A DNA stretch of 45,515 bases from Trichomonas gallinae (taxonomy: Eukaryota): the NCBI GenBank assembly GCA_008369845.1, contig MRSU01010805.1, forward strand, positions 1-45,515, read 5' to 3'. Numbering within the stretch: the first letter of the stretch is position 1; each line of letters starts with the position of its first letter. Positions 21,701 through 31,056 of this stretch are shown here, one piece after another. Below the pieces are notes generated by a model, which worked only from the letters and a program-made list of their open reading frames with translations, was not told the DNA's origin and ran no database searches. The position numbers and the translations under genes were made by a program.

Positions 21701-22420
21701 TCCCGAACAGATTCTCTTTCCGAGGGCGATTGTTGTGATTTTGCCGTCGAATGGTATCTTCAAAGTGAGTAGCTGGTACAAAAGGACGCCATATGCATAG
21801 ACATCGACGGCGTTTGTATATTGCTCACCGTTAAAAAGCTCAGGCGCCATCCAGAATGGAGATCCACCGACCATGGATTGGAGGTTGTTGTCATCTTCGA
21901 TTTTAGCAAGACCGAAATCAGCAATTTTTGGTTCTAATTCGTCATTCAACATAATATTCGCTGGTTTAAGATCTCTGTGTATGCCACCGCATGCGTGAAT
22001 ATGTGCCATACCGTAGGCGATTCCAAATGCGTTCATTAGTCTTTTTGTATCGTTCCAACCATTCACCATCTTAGCTTTTGCTTCTTTTACGAGGACTGAG
22101 AATAAATCGCCGTTTTTCATGTAATCCATCAAGATAAGAGGGCATAGTTGAGAATCTGTTGGAGGCAGGAAATAACCTCTTAAGCCGAGCACGCAATTAT
22201 GTATCAGTTTTGCCATGACGCTCACCTCTCTCTCGAACATTTGCCTATTCTTTTTTGTCGTGAAATTCGAGTGAAATTTCTTTAATGCGAAAATTTCTTT
22301 CGATACTTTGTGCCTTGCCGCGAAGACATGGGCGTAGGAACCCTTTCCGAGCAACTTTCCCATTTCAAAGTCGTTCTCTGAAATAACAAATTTGCTTAAA
22401 TCAATTTCATTATCAGTCAT
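18761..22420 (-). CDS. TKL-family protein kinase with two Sel1-like repeat blocks separated by a Pro/Ser/Gln-rich linker
   Basis: Kinase motifs GKGSYA, ALKK, HRDLKPAN, DFG, WMAPE, DVYAYG and CWEQDPQDRP. Sel1 repeats such as KAADGGHPEAQYECG and MAADRGDQDAC lie both before and after a roughly 370-aa low-complexity linker. Confidence 0.93.
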   Translation of the reverse strand: MTDNEIDLSKFVISENDFEMGKLLGKGSYAHVFAARHKVSKEIFALKKFHSNFTTKKNRQMFEREVSVMAKLIHNCVLGLRGYFLPPTDSQLCPLILMDYMKNGDLFSVLVKEAKAKMVNGWNDTKRLMNAFGIAYGMAHIHACGGIHRDLKPANIMLNDELEPKIADFGLAKIEDDNNLQSMVGGSPFWMAPELFNGEQYTNAVDVYAYGVLLYQLLTLKIPFDGKITTIALGKRICSGERPEIPDTCPPFYAEIIQKCWEQDPQDRPTFEQIYRHILDDTEFMGDTNIPQYKAYIGKVMNADNTITVKSLGDPYKAGLAYMEHGEYENACTEFERAAQSNNIDACYSLGKLIMDRKVTKYDQFTGIKFLKKAADGGHPEAQYECGLALYKGEIVNSNKVMAAEYFIQAAKSYIAGAILMLSRMLIDGDGVEKNQAKSKKLLTMMADKKNMQCAYTLGKYCYEGEFGQKDLKTAEKYLEIAVKGGITEAEPLLKKIRQENQPKSSDFSFDLALSSSSQFNPPLSPKQSASYISPPGSGSNQTSQSSMIFNPPPAASITNQTPQSSMIFNPPPAASISTQSSMIATPQPSPYSPAPFVPPILGSTSSAYGTQQSANKPQQASYNSKQPGYNTQQGQVGHQPATVNTPQSSFLVQPPSVLNSQQSVFNPSFNQSPSVLSPQAGPNNNQFPKSPSDLALPNSPVPSAPTSPQSQTPFNPFLNPPAPVSPQPQSNQPQENPVRFGPNFDPFAMMNSNPQLQSKSTPANQPMFLDFSQQQQKTKPQQLNFSFFSKGGPAGSPLQMSKSRDVFYETPQMPAQTPYVKTRSSSFEMKKESVPVPPPPPPPAPAPSPHQAPQLKVMQFQGSKIPVCTIATKEMIDRANAGDIEAMYDVATALATESNPKSDQESAKYMRKAADLGHVEAKFQCGNYLARGFGTKSDISKAIVYYLDAANHGHALAMLECSKLLTNGEGCRQDLRKAAYMCKLAAEAGNVEAMYNFANIVKNGLGVPANPADAQHAYILAADRGHVKAMQAAAYYMWTVEKDLFGALKYYKMAADQQDCDGLSSYGHFLAEGLGCRKDPVRAAECFRAAALMGSTLGMYNYAVTLQTGNGIPKDVSSAARFYKMAADRGDQDACIHYSQLLATGWEGTPKDMTGCATYAKKAADAGNARGMFQYGKMLWSGTGVQKDQATAAAYIKSAALQGYNRAKDFCNNNHIML
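20669..20790 (-). repeat. intragenic tandem duplication, 57-nt period (QSSMIFNPPPAASI x2 plus a partial copy)
   Basis: ATGGAWGCAGCWGGYGGAGGATTGAAAATCATRGAAGACTGAG starts at 20691 and at 20748 on the + strand. Confidence 0.85.
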
Positions 22421-23451
22421 TTTTTTTTATAAAAAATTAAAACCTTTTTAAGTTCACCGGACTGTTTATATAAACCAAAAGAACAATATTTGTCGGTGTA
22501 AAGGATTTTTTGCCTCAATATTTTTTTCCGAATCCAAAATTGTTACATTTTCACCTTATCTTGATGAGATGTGTAATATTCTCATGTAGAATAGTGCGGT
22601 TATTAGAGTGAAAAGCGATAAAAGGCATAAAATTGTTTGTCAATAATTAAATTAAAACGAATTTGCCAAAATCTTCGGTTGGATGGTTATACGGGGTGTG
22701 TATAATGGATATCGTTTAGTTATGCCACAGGTTGAGTTGATCAGTTAGCAAAACGATTAAAAAGAACACAAATGGTGTAAAAATGGCATCTATATATTTT
22801 ATAGCAATTCCACTGGCATATAATGTTTTACAATGTTCTAATGGTGGCAAGAAATTGGATGATTGCCGTGTAAAAACCAGGTTTTTGAATGATGTTGGTT
22901 TTCTGGGAAATTTAGAACGGATTTCACATCATGTTTGTGTTTATCAATACGATAGATCGTTATGGGTTAAGAGATTTAAGGTGAAATTTGTTGTCTTGAA
23001 TTAAATTTAATAATTTCATCCGTATCTATTAATATTTGCATATTTTTATGTATAAATATATGATACACTCGAATAATAATATTCGTTTGCAATGAAGTTT
23101 TGGTGTTAAGCTGTGTTTCTCTCGATCATATAAATAATTTAAAATTTGATATGCTTTTGTCTAATATAGTAATAAAAATATCTTTTTTTCTTGGCTAAAT
23201 ATTACAAATTTAGTAGTTCAATGAATGAAATATGTAAGTGAAATTTACTCGGCTTTATTCAGGAATTTATTTTGATAAACACTGGCATGGTGTTTGCGAT
23301 TTAGTCAAAAGGTGAGTCATTCTGCTGATCAGTTTTTCATTTATTACCAAATTTTGTGATTTATTTGAAATTTTCAGTGACTGTTTTATTAAATATACTG
23401 AAACATGAGAGAGTTATAATTAAAAGTTCTTTAAACAAAAAAAAAATCAAA

Positions 23452-24822
23452 TTAGTCGAATCTCTTTGAGCATTCAGTGTAGAAGTGCGTGAGAAGGTCC
23501 TTAAGATATTTCTGCTTTTCTGCATCACTGTAGTTTATCCATTTCTCAAGGGCTTCGTCCTCAAATTCCGGATAGAACATGAATTTCTTGTGTGACTCGA
23601 TTCTCTCTTTTGTTGGATAAATGCATGTGAATCCACCAAGGCGGCGCAAGGCCATTTCGTACTCAACTATGGCGATGGCGCAGCAGGATTTGTCGTCTGT
23701 TCTGTCCAGCATCAGTTCTTCAACGAACTCTTCCTCTGGAGAAGGCTGAGGAACGAGAGCGATGTTGAATAAGTCTTTAACGAGCGGAGATTTGATTGCC
23801 ATGTCGAGGTTTGAAGATGTGCCGAGTGCTGGCGAGACATTTACCTCGAGAATGTGTATATCTGCTGATTTAGATAAAATTACGTCGAAGCCGAAAAGTT
23901 CGAATGACTCACGCTGATTGTCCTGCTTCCTGAAGACTTCGCGAGAAGCCATGATTGTTGTAACGAAGGCGTCGTAGATTTTATTTCTGATTTCTTCAAC
24001 ATTGAAGCCTTGCTCTGCAAGCCATGGCCAGAATGGAACATGAGACCACTTGTTGCCTTTTCCATCTTCAGAAAGATCGTTTGTCACATGAAAATGTTCG
24101 TTTTCTTTGTTAATTGAGAAGTTTGTAAGGTGAGCAGACTTATTTCCAATGGCATCATGATTCTCTTCGTATAGCTCAGTTGCTAATCTAACTAAACCGT
24201 TATTGAACACGTAAATCTTGAGTGGAACAAGAGAAGTAACAGCAACATAAAATCTGAGATCGAATTTGAGTCCATTGATCAGTAATGGATGATCTAGGTA
24301 CTTTTGCACAACAACACGCTTCATTGATTGAGCAGGCGGTTCATTAATCACAGAAATTCCGTTTCCACGTGATCCACCGGCTGGCTTCATGATCCAAAGT
24401 GGTGATATCGGGAAAGCTTCCTTCATTCTCTCATACTCAGCTGGTAATAAATAAGTTTCCGGATAAAATGAAGGCATCTCTTTGATTCTAGCTTCAAGAT
24501 CACGCATAACATGATGATATCCAGCCTTTGAGCCAAGAGAAAATGTGTATTCGTAGTGGTTTGTTCTTTGGTAAGAGGCAACGCATGTTAAGTTCTCACT
24601 GCTGAGTTTTCCGCCAACTATTAAGTTAGCATCATCTAAATCATCAACTTTTGTGAATCCACTCTTCTTCAAAATCGTGTGGATCAACTTGGCCGCATAA
24701 CCCGTCTGATAATAGTTTGCTTCAGCTTCTTGCTTTATATCCTTATCATTCGGCATGCAGAATGAGTAGAATTGGATAGGATAAGGAGCATCAGCGAGGA
24801 TTTTATCAAAAACAGCACTCAT
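23452..24822 (-). CDS. tubulin-tyrosine ligase-like protein (polyglutamylase, TTLL4/5-like)
   Basis: WIMKPAGGSRGNGI, VVQKYL.HPLLI.GLKFDLRFYV, GLVRLAT, HLTNFSINK, KWS, FELFGFDVIL and ILEVNVSPAL. Confidence 0.93.
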   Translation of the reverse strand: MSAVFDKILADAPYPIQFYSFCMPNDKDIKQEAEANYYQTGYAAKLIHTILKKSGFTKVDDLDDANLIVGGKLSSENLTCVASYQRTNHYEYTFSLGSKAGYHHVMRDLEARIKEMPSFYPETYLLPAEYERMKEAFPISPLWIMKPAGGSRGNGISVINEPPAQSMKRVVVQKYLDHPLLINGLKFDLRFYVAVTSLVPLKIYVFNNGLVRLATELYEENHDAIGNKSAHLTNFSINKENEHFHVTNDLSEDGKGNKWSHVPFWPWLAEQGFNVEEIRNKIYDAFVTTIMASREVFRKQDNQRESFELFGFDVILSKSADIHILEVNVSPALGTSSNLDMAIKSPLVKDLFNIALVPQPSPEEEFVEELMLDRTDDKSCCAIAIVEYEMALRRLGGFTCIYPTKERIESHKKFMFYPEFEDEALEKWINYSDAEKQKYLKDLLTHFYTECSKRFD

Positions 24823-24971
24823 AATTTAAAACGTTCATTGTAAACAACTTTACGTGTCAAAAATTGTTTACATTTCTTTTGCCATGTAAATTTTACAAAT
24901 ATAAATTGTGCTATGTAAATATTTTTATGTGTCAAATAATAAGAAATTTGTCACCCATATAATAATTTCAG

Positions 24972-25481
24972 ATGACTAATTCATTCCCTGCGAGTCTTCC
25001 GCCGCTAATAACAAATGACCAAATGAATCCACAGAATGCAGCAAACCAAGGCATCGATATTCAAGAAAATGAGCCACTAAAAACAAAGAAACGTTTTTCA
25101 GATGAAGAAGATAACCAGATAAGAGCTTTAGTGCAGCAGCATGGATCTAACCAATGGACATTGATTGCAAAGTACTTTCCAAACAGAACATCTAGGCAGA
25201 TTCGAGATAGATATAGGTGCTACCTCGCTCCTAACATTGTGCGCACAGAATGGACGTTAGAAGAAGATAGCACACTAATACGCTTACATCAAAACTTCGG
25301 AAAGCAATGGTCTCAGCTTGCTAAATTCTTTCCAGGGAGAACAGACGTTGATCTTAAAAATCATTGGAATAAGCTACAAAGGCATGCCAAGAAGCTTCAT
25401 CTTGGTGATGGAGGAATAAATCCAACGATGAATCAACAAAATGAAATTAATGATGATGCCGCAGTTAACAATAGGATGTAG
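24972..25481 (+). CDS. R2R3 Myb-like DNA-binding protein
   Basis: Two Myb repeats: FSDEEDNQI...WTLIA...RTSRQIRDRYRCYLAP and WTLEEDSTL...FGKQWSQLAKFFPGRTDVDLKNHW. Confidence 0.93.
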   Translation: MTNSFPASLPPLITNDQMNPQNAANQGIDIQENEPLKTKKRFSDEEDNQIRALVQQHGSNQWTLIAKYFPNRTSRQIRDRYRCYLAPNIVRTEWTLEEDSTLIRLHQNFGKQWSQLAKFFPGRTDVDLKNHWNKLQRHAKKLHLGDGGINPTMNQQNEINDDAAVNNRM

Positions 25482-25958
25482 CACATCTTGTTTTACGGGT
25501 TTGTTTGATTTATTTATTGTATTGTATTGTTATGTTTTTCGAAATTTTGAATGTAAAAAAAAAAGTATTTAAAAAACGATGTGTGTTTAATGATCAATAC
25601 GTCGTAATTACAACTGATTTATAGGCTAAATATTTAAAAAAATCAATAAATTTAAATATTTTATTCATAAATTAAATGTTTGAGCTTAACCATTTATAAA
25701 TTAACATATACTCATACTAGTTAATAGTTTTAAATATGTATTTTGATCAGATGTTTTTAAATATTATTATCTAGGAATTCTTTGAATTTCTTTAGCATTT
25801 GCTACGCGCGTATGTCCATCTTCAGATTCTTTCATTCTTATTAATGTCAATAAATAATTATTTAAAAAAATTGTATTAATGCAATCAGGCTAATTAACAT
25901 CAACAAAAAACAAATTGTTTAAACAAAAACCCATGAAAAATAAAACAAAAATATAATA

Positions 25959-27389
25959 TTATTCCCGATCTTTCTCCTTTGAGATCACAATCTTCGCATT
26001 CTTTCCGCTACCTATCGCTATTGTGCATGGTGTCTTTTCAGGCTTGTCAATTTGAATGGAAGATAGTGAATCATTTGCAGCGTGGCTCTTCTTAGGCAGG
26101 GCGAAGCATGCAACAATCTGCAGATGGTCAGACGGGAAGAAGTCATGCGGCAGAGAAATGTATCTATCCAATATTTCTTGCTCATTATACGGTTGAAGAA
26201 CAGAAATTGGTCTGATCTTATTGCAAGTAGAATATATGAAGTCAATTGTCTTGTGGAAATTAGCTCCATAAATTGTAAACATCGGAGAATAACCGAAATA
26301 GTTATAAACATCAACAAAACCATTTTGCTGCAGGAAAATGTGCGGTGTGTGATTAGCTTCTGAGTTGAAATCACCTGCAATGATGATATCGTAGTATGGC
26401 GATGATTGTTTGACGAGATTTTTTGCAGCTTCTAGTGCTAAGTATAATTGGCTTGTTCTGACGTCATCGTTGCCTGTTTCCCAGTATAAGTGAATGTTAA
26501 CTATGGCGATATATAAGTTTGGCGCTGACTTGTGTGTGACGACTGTAATTATTGCTGTTTCATCATGTTTTTTGAGCTCCGCGTATGATGGCAGTAATGT
26601 TGCTTGTTGCATATTACGATACTGAATGCACTCTTCCTTAATAAAGTTAAAGTGTGAATTTCGAATGAAAGTTGCTTGGCCGTGTACTGTCTCTTTAAAC
26701 GTTTTCTCTGCCCTGCCCTTTTGACAATATGTGCAATGGAAGCCCTGTTTATGCATAAAAGTTTCCAATTTATCTTTATAAACCGAACCCTCAACTTCCT
26801 GGAGGCAGACGATGGATGCAGGATTCTCTGTAATTAATTCTTCGATCAGCTGAATGCGCTGTTCAGGGTTTAAGTACTTCGGAGGAACAAATGGAAATCT
26901 ATCCGGGCGAACGCAATATGGTGCAAGAATGTTGTATGAAAAAAGCATGAAGCCGTTCTTTTTGGGAGCCATTTTAATAGGTGCGAAGGTTCGAGGAGAA
27001 GGTCTCGGATTTTTTTGTACTAATTTGCGAAGAAAGGGAATTATTGCTGCGGGCTCTAATTCGAATGTTTTTATAAGTGTTGTGTAAAAAGGATTATATG
27101 TAATATCGAGCTCTTGTAAATTTTGCATTAAACCTAGTTCAAAAGGTATTTGATCGATGTTGTTATGCGATATATTTAGTTTCTTTAGCGTCGATAGTCC
27201 GAAAATAGACTGAGGAAGCTTCGAAAAACCGCAATTTGAGAGATCCAATTCCTCAAGTTGCGTAAATTTTTCGAAAATTTTGTCAATTGTCGAGCGAAAG
27301 CGGAAGCCGTGAGCGTCAAGAACCTTCACATCAGGGTCTGCCTGTGAGACAGGATCAGGACGCTCCTGCCCAATCTGAATATCTAGCAT
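25959..27389 (-). CDS. CCR4: CCR4/CNOT6-like deadenylase (LRR plus EEP nuclease)
   Basis: First ATG is at 27389 (MLDIQIG). LRRs LEELDLSNC, LKKLNISHN and LQELDITYN, followed by EEP motifs SYNILA, CLQEV, AGDFNS, IDFI and PSDHL. Confidence 0.88.
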   Translation of the reverse strand: MLDIQIGQERPDPVSQADPDVKVLDAHGFRFRSTIDKIFEKFTQLEELDLSNCGFSKLPQSIFGLSTLKKLNISHNNIDQIPFELGLMQNLQELDITYNPFYTTLIKTFELEPAAIIPFLRKLVQKNPRPSPRTFAPIKMAPKKNGFMLFSYNILAPYCVRPDRFPFVPPKYLNPEQRIQLIEELITENPASIVCLQEVEGSVYKDKLETFMHKQGFHCTYCQKGRAEKTFKETVHGQATFIRNSHFNFIKEECIQYRNMQQATLLPSYAELKKHDETAIITVVTHKSAPNLYIAIVNIHLYWETGNDDVRTSQLYLALEAAKNLVKQSSPYYDIIIAGDFNSEANHTPHIFLQQNGFVDVYNYFGYSPMFTIYGANFHKTIDFIYSTCNKIRPISVLQPYNEQEILDRYISLPHDFFPSDHLQIVACFALPKKSHAANDSLSSIQIDKPEKTPCTIAIGSGKNAKIVISKEKDRE

Positions 27390-27712
27390 TTTACAAATTT
27401 GACATTTGTAAACCAATTTTGGCGCCAATTTTACAAAAATCTCATTCAAGTGATTTATTCACTTTTTTGTTTCAACTATTTTCTAATCACTAACTAAAAT
27501 TCAATATTATTTGAATATTTTTAATTTCAAAAAAAAACATGCATTATATAGCATTTTGAATATAAATATATATTATGTATATGGAATGTAACTATATTTT
27601 GTGTGTAACTTATTGATATTTGCAAGATATTGAATTAACGAACAATTGAATTTGGAAAGAATTAGATGATTTATAAACATTAAACACACATATTTATTAA
27701 GAATTATCCTTC

Positions 27713-28798
27713 TTACTGAGAAACCTCTGGTATTGGAGACAATGATAGGTTTGATAAAACCTCGTTCCGATCTGGGAGGTCTTGGAACCACTTATGCCTC
27801 AGGACATCGTTGATAGTATATCTTTCATCCGGATTTTTACACAACATATGCAATATCAAATCCTTCGCATCATCTGATACATCTGAAGAATCTGGGAATT
27901 TAAGTTCCTCGTTAATAATTCTCTGTGATGCTTGGAATATCGTGGAGTAAGAAATGCATTCGTTGGAAAAGAAAAAAGGAATTTCTCCAAACAATATAAA
28001 ATATAGCGTAACTCCAGAAGCCCACACGTCGCAAGGTCTCCCTTTAAAAGGTTTTCCTAAGCACTGTTCAGGGGACATAAATGCCGGTGTTCCGTCTGAA
28101 TCATCAAAAAACTCTGTACCATCGCAATCCAGGGAGGTCGAGTAGTCTCCAAGAGCCACATGTCCGTCTGAAAATTTGAAGATATTTTCGGGCTTTATAT
28201 CTCTGTGAGCAACGTTTATACTATGTAAATATCGAACTCCTTGACAGATTTCGAAGAAAATGCTTTTGGCTTTCTGTTCTGGGAATGGAGTTGTCCTGGA
28301 AACCTGAGGTAGCAAAGGTCCAGCGTCGGCAAATTCTTGAATAATGATTAACGTGTTTGTTTGTTCATCATCCAAAACTTCATAAAGTTGGATGCAATGT
28401 CGATTTTTGATTTTTGGCATAAGTCTAATCTCGCGTATGAATGGTGGAGGTAGATTTGTATTTGTCAGAAGTGTCCGGTTGACGTTTTTATCGTAGACCT
28501 TTGCGGCGTATTTTACGTTGTTTTCAAAATTATTTACCAAATATACTACGGCGTGAGTTCCGTGACCTATCTGCTTTATAAAATCGTATTCAAATATTTT
28601 CCTCTCGGCTTGCATCATAAAAGTTGGGAATGGCATATATGTTTCTTCCTCCTCTTCAAAATATCCGTAATCGAAATTGGGATCGTAAAATTCTTCTTCT
28701 TCGTTGTAACCCTGTGTGGGCGATTCGGCATGTTCTTCGGAAACCCTAGATGTAGCTGGTCTCGTTCTCCTATCAGGTCGAGAAGGGGAGCAGCCCAT
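27713..28798 (-). CDS. CAMK-group (CaMKK/SAK1-like) protein kinase with predicted N-myristoylation
   Basis: MGCSPS N-terminus. YAAKV, HRDIKPEN, DYS in place of DFG, GTPAFMSPE, DVWASGVTLY and LRHKW. Confidence 0.88.
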   Translation of the reverse strand: MGCSPSRPDRRTRPATSRVSEEHAESPTQGYNEEEEFYDPNFDYGYFEEEEETYMPFPTFMMQAERKIFEYDFIKQIGHGTHAVVYLVNNFENNVKYAAKVYDKNVNRTLLTNTNLPPPFIREIRLMPKIKNRHCIQLYEVLDDEQTNTLIIIQEFADAGPLLPQVSRTTPFPEQKAKSIFFEICQGVRYLHSINVAHRDIKPENIFKFSDGHVALGDYSTSLDCDGTEFFDDSDGTPAFMSPEQCLGKPFKGRPCDVWASGVTLYFILFGEIPFFFSNECISYSTIFQASQRIINEELKFPDSSDVSDDAKDLILHMLCKNPDERYTINDVLRHKWFQDLPDRNEVLSNLSLSPIPEVSQ

Positions 28799-29940
28799 AT
28801 GAATCTAGATTTTTTTTTCTTAAAAAAACGAGGATTGTCACTTTTACTAAATATTTTTTCAGTTGACTTAATTTTTCATTTTTTGCTATAAAAATAGCAT
28901 TTTTGGATTATTTAGATACGGTTTATAACAATTATTTGGATGGTTTTTATAAAATGCTGTTTTATTAGCTGATATTGGAATATTTAATGGTTGTTTAAAC
29001 AAAACAATCGGAAATTTTGAAAATTGCCTCTTGTCACGACAAATTATCAATATTAAGGGTTTCGATTTTCTAGTATTTCTACCTTTCCTAATCTTTGATA
29101 ATGTGATTTATCAGCAAATTAGAGGTTATTTTAGATCACATTTCGTTATTGCAAATAATTTTGATTAAAAGTTAAATATATAGATTTTACAGTATTATTA
29201 AATCATTTTTAATTAAATTATTTTGCGACTTTAATTGAAAAATCTACTCAAAAAATTAAAATGAGAAAAATATTTTGTTTTTTGAACTGGATATTTTTGT
29301 GTTATTCCAATGGAAATATACCTAATCCGTCGACATCTATTTCATTTATATCGTTGGATTTGCTCTTTTCACAGACAACGGGCTTATCCACTGCAATTTT
29401 CCATATAAAATATTAAATTCGAGATCAGTGGGAAAATTATTTCGTTTTCTTCCATTGACACTTTGTAGTTATGTCAAGATTTAGCTAGTAAACATAATGT
29501 TTTTGTATAACAGTGAAAAAATGAAATATTAAAAAATTAATTTCAATTCTTTTTCGGAAAAACGGAAGTCAATAATAATCAAAATATAGTATGAAAATAT
29601 GTAAAATATTTCAAATATGCAATAATATTGATATTTGATTTCATAGTATGAAACATGCTTCAAAATCCATCAATATATGACAATAACATGTTCGAAATAT
29701 CACATCATTAAATCAATCTATATTAGATGTATAAAATATTTGAGTATGAAATCGTAATTTAGCATATCAATGTAATCTTAATTAATTTAAAAAGATGAGA
29801 AATGAAAATGGATAATTTTGCTAGAAATATAATGATTTTTGTATGGATAATATAAATATGAAGTAAAATCAATTGAACCAAATAATGAAAAAGTGGAGGT
29901 TAGAATTCGGCAGTTTGACACTTCAATTTTTTTTTTTCAA

Positions 29941-30630
29941 ATGTTCTTTGCGTTTTGTTTACTTGCGAGGATGGAGGAGGAAGTCCTTGGAACATATCAT
30001 CCAAGCACACACGCATTCCTCCCAGCCCTCTCCAAGGATGTCATTGACGCCCGCGGCATCTTACTCGATTTCCCAGATAAAAAGCTTCCATTTTTCTCTG
30101 AGATGATTCGCATCGTTTCTACTTTCAAGACTACCAGTTCATCTGAATTAGACGTTCTCGAGATCTTTGGCCACATCTACAACTCAGACGGCGAATTAGT
30201 TACAAATTACACAACATATTCTTCTCCAGCCCGTATCAACAACGAGGAATCTGTTACAACAACAGCCATCATCCAGCTTCAATCTCTCATTGAGCCAGCA
30301 AGCTACTTGTTCGATACATACGCTGTTATCGCACAAGCAGACGGAAAGAACTACTCCGCTCTCCTCTTCAACGAAACAGTCGAGGTTATCGAAGTTACAA
30401 ACTACAAAGAGACCATCGGCTCTGCTATTCTTTATATCTTTGTCATTGTCGTCCTTGGCGGCATTATCTACCTCATCCTCTCTAAGGACCAGAGAACAAC
30501 AATGTCTGCAGTTGCCCAGGCCAAGACAGCCAAGAAGAAGACTGTCCGCGACTACTCCGAGATCCACACTAGCGACCGCTCCTCATCTCCAGGCGTCGCA
30601 AAGAGGACAAAATCCCCATCCAAAAACTAA
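29941..30630 (+). CDS. translocon-associated protein alpha (TRAP-alpha/SSR1)-like
   Basis: ATG at 29941 with a short signal peptide and acidic start. Luminal DFPDKKLP...NYT...IEP...GKNYSALLFNETVEVIE matches the TRAP-alpha pattern. Single TM and a basic cytosolic tail ending SPGVAKRTKSPSKN. Confidence 0.72.
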   Translation: MFFAFCLLARMEEEVLGTYHPSTHAFLPALSKDVIDARGILLDFPDKKLPFFSEMIRIVSTFKTTSSSELDVLEIFGHIYNSDGELVTNYTTYSSPARINNEESVTTTAIIQLQSLIEPASYLFDTYAVIAQADGKNYSALLFNETVEVIEVTNYKETIGSAILYIFVIVVLGGIIYLILSKDQRTTMSAVAQAKTAKKKTVRDYSEIHTSDRSSSPGVAKRTKSPSKN

Positions 30631-31056
30631 ACATATTTAATATACACACAACAATTTCGAATATTAATTTATTGGCTTAATTTCGATTTTGTTCCGATAT
30701 TTCAGATCAGTTATGGGCTATTTGAGCCTTCCAAACAAATTGTTGTTAAAAAACAAAAAATTGGCAAAAATTTCAAGAAAAACAAAAAAATCTCCATGAA
30801 TTTGTTTTCACTTTTTGAGACGAAATTTGCTAATAATTGCCATGCATTATTCGATTATTTGGTATATGAGAAGGGGTAGAAAAGGGAAAAGAACAAGAAA
30901 TAGAAAATAATTCTCTGCCAGATGAGAAAATCAGATTTTAAATTGAGTGTTGAAAATTTTGCTGGTTATTTTTGATTTTTGCGCTATTTTACTCAAGAAG
31001 AAAAGATTCCCTGCAATGAATTAAATTCAGTTTTTCAGTTTTTTTTTTTCAAAAAA

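Noticed and set aside
22640..23004. 73-aa ORF and slightly GC-richer patch upstream of the TKL kinase
   Set aside because: No recognisable protein or RNA motif. It may be a decayed fragment but cannot be supported.
26558..26574. TTTCATCATGTTTTTTG resembling the 17-nt element
   Set aside because: It is antisense to the CCR4 gene, whose frame is uninterrupted (KKHDET).
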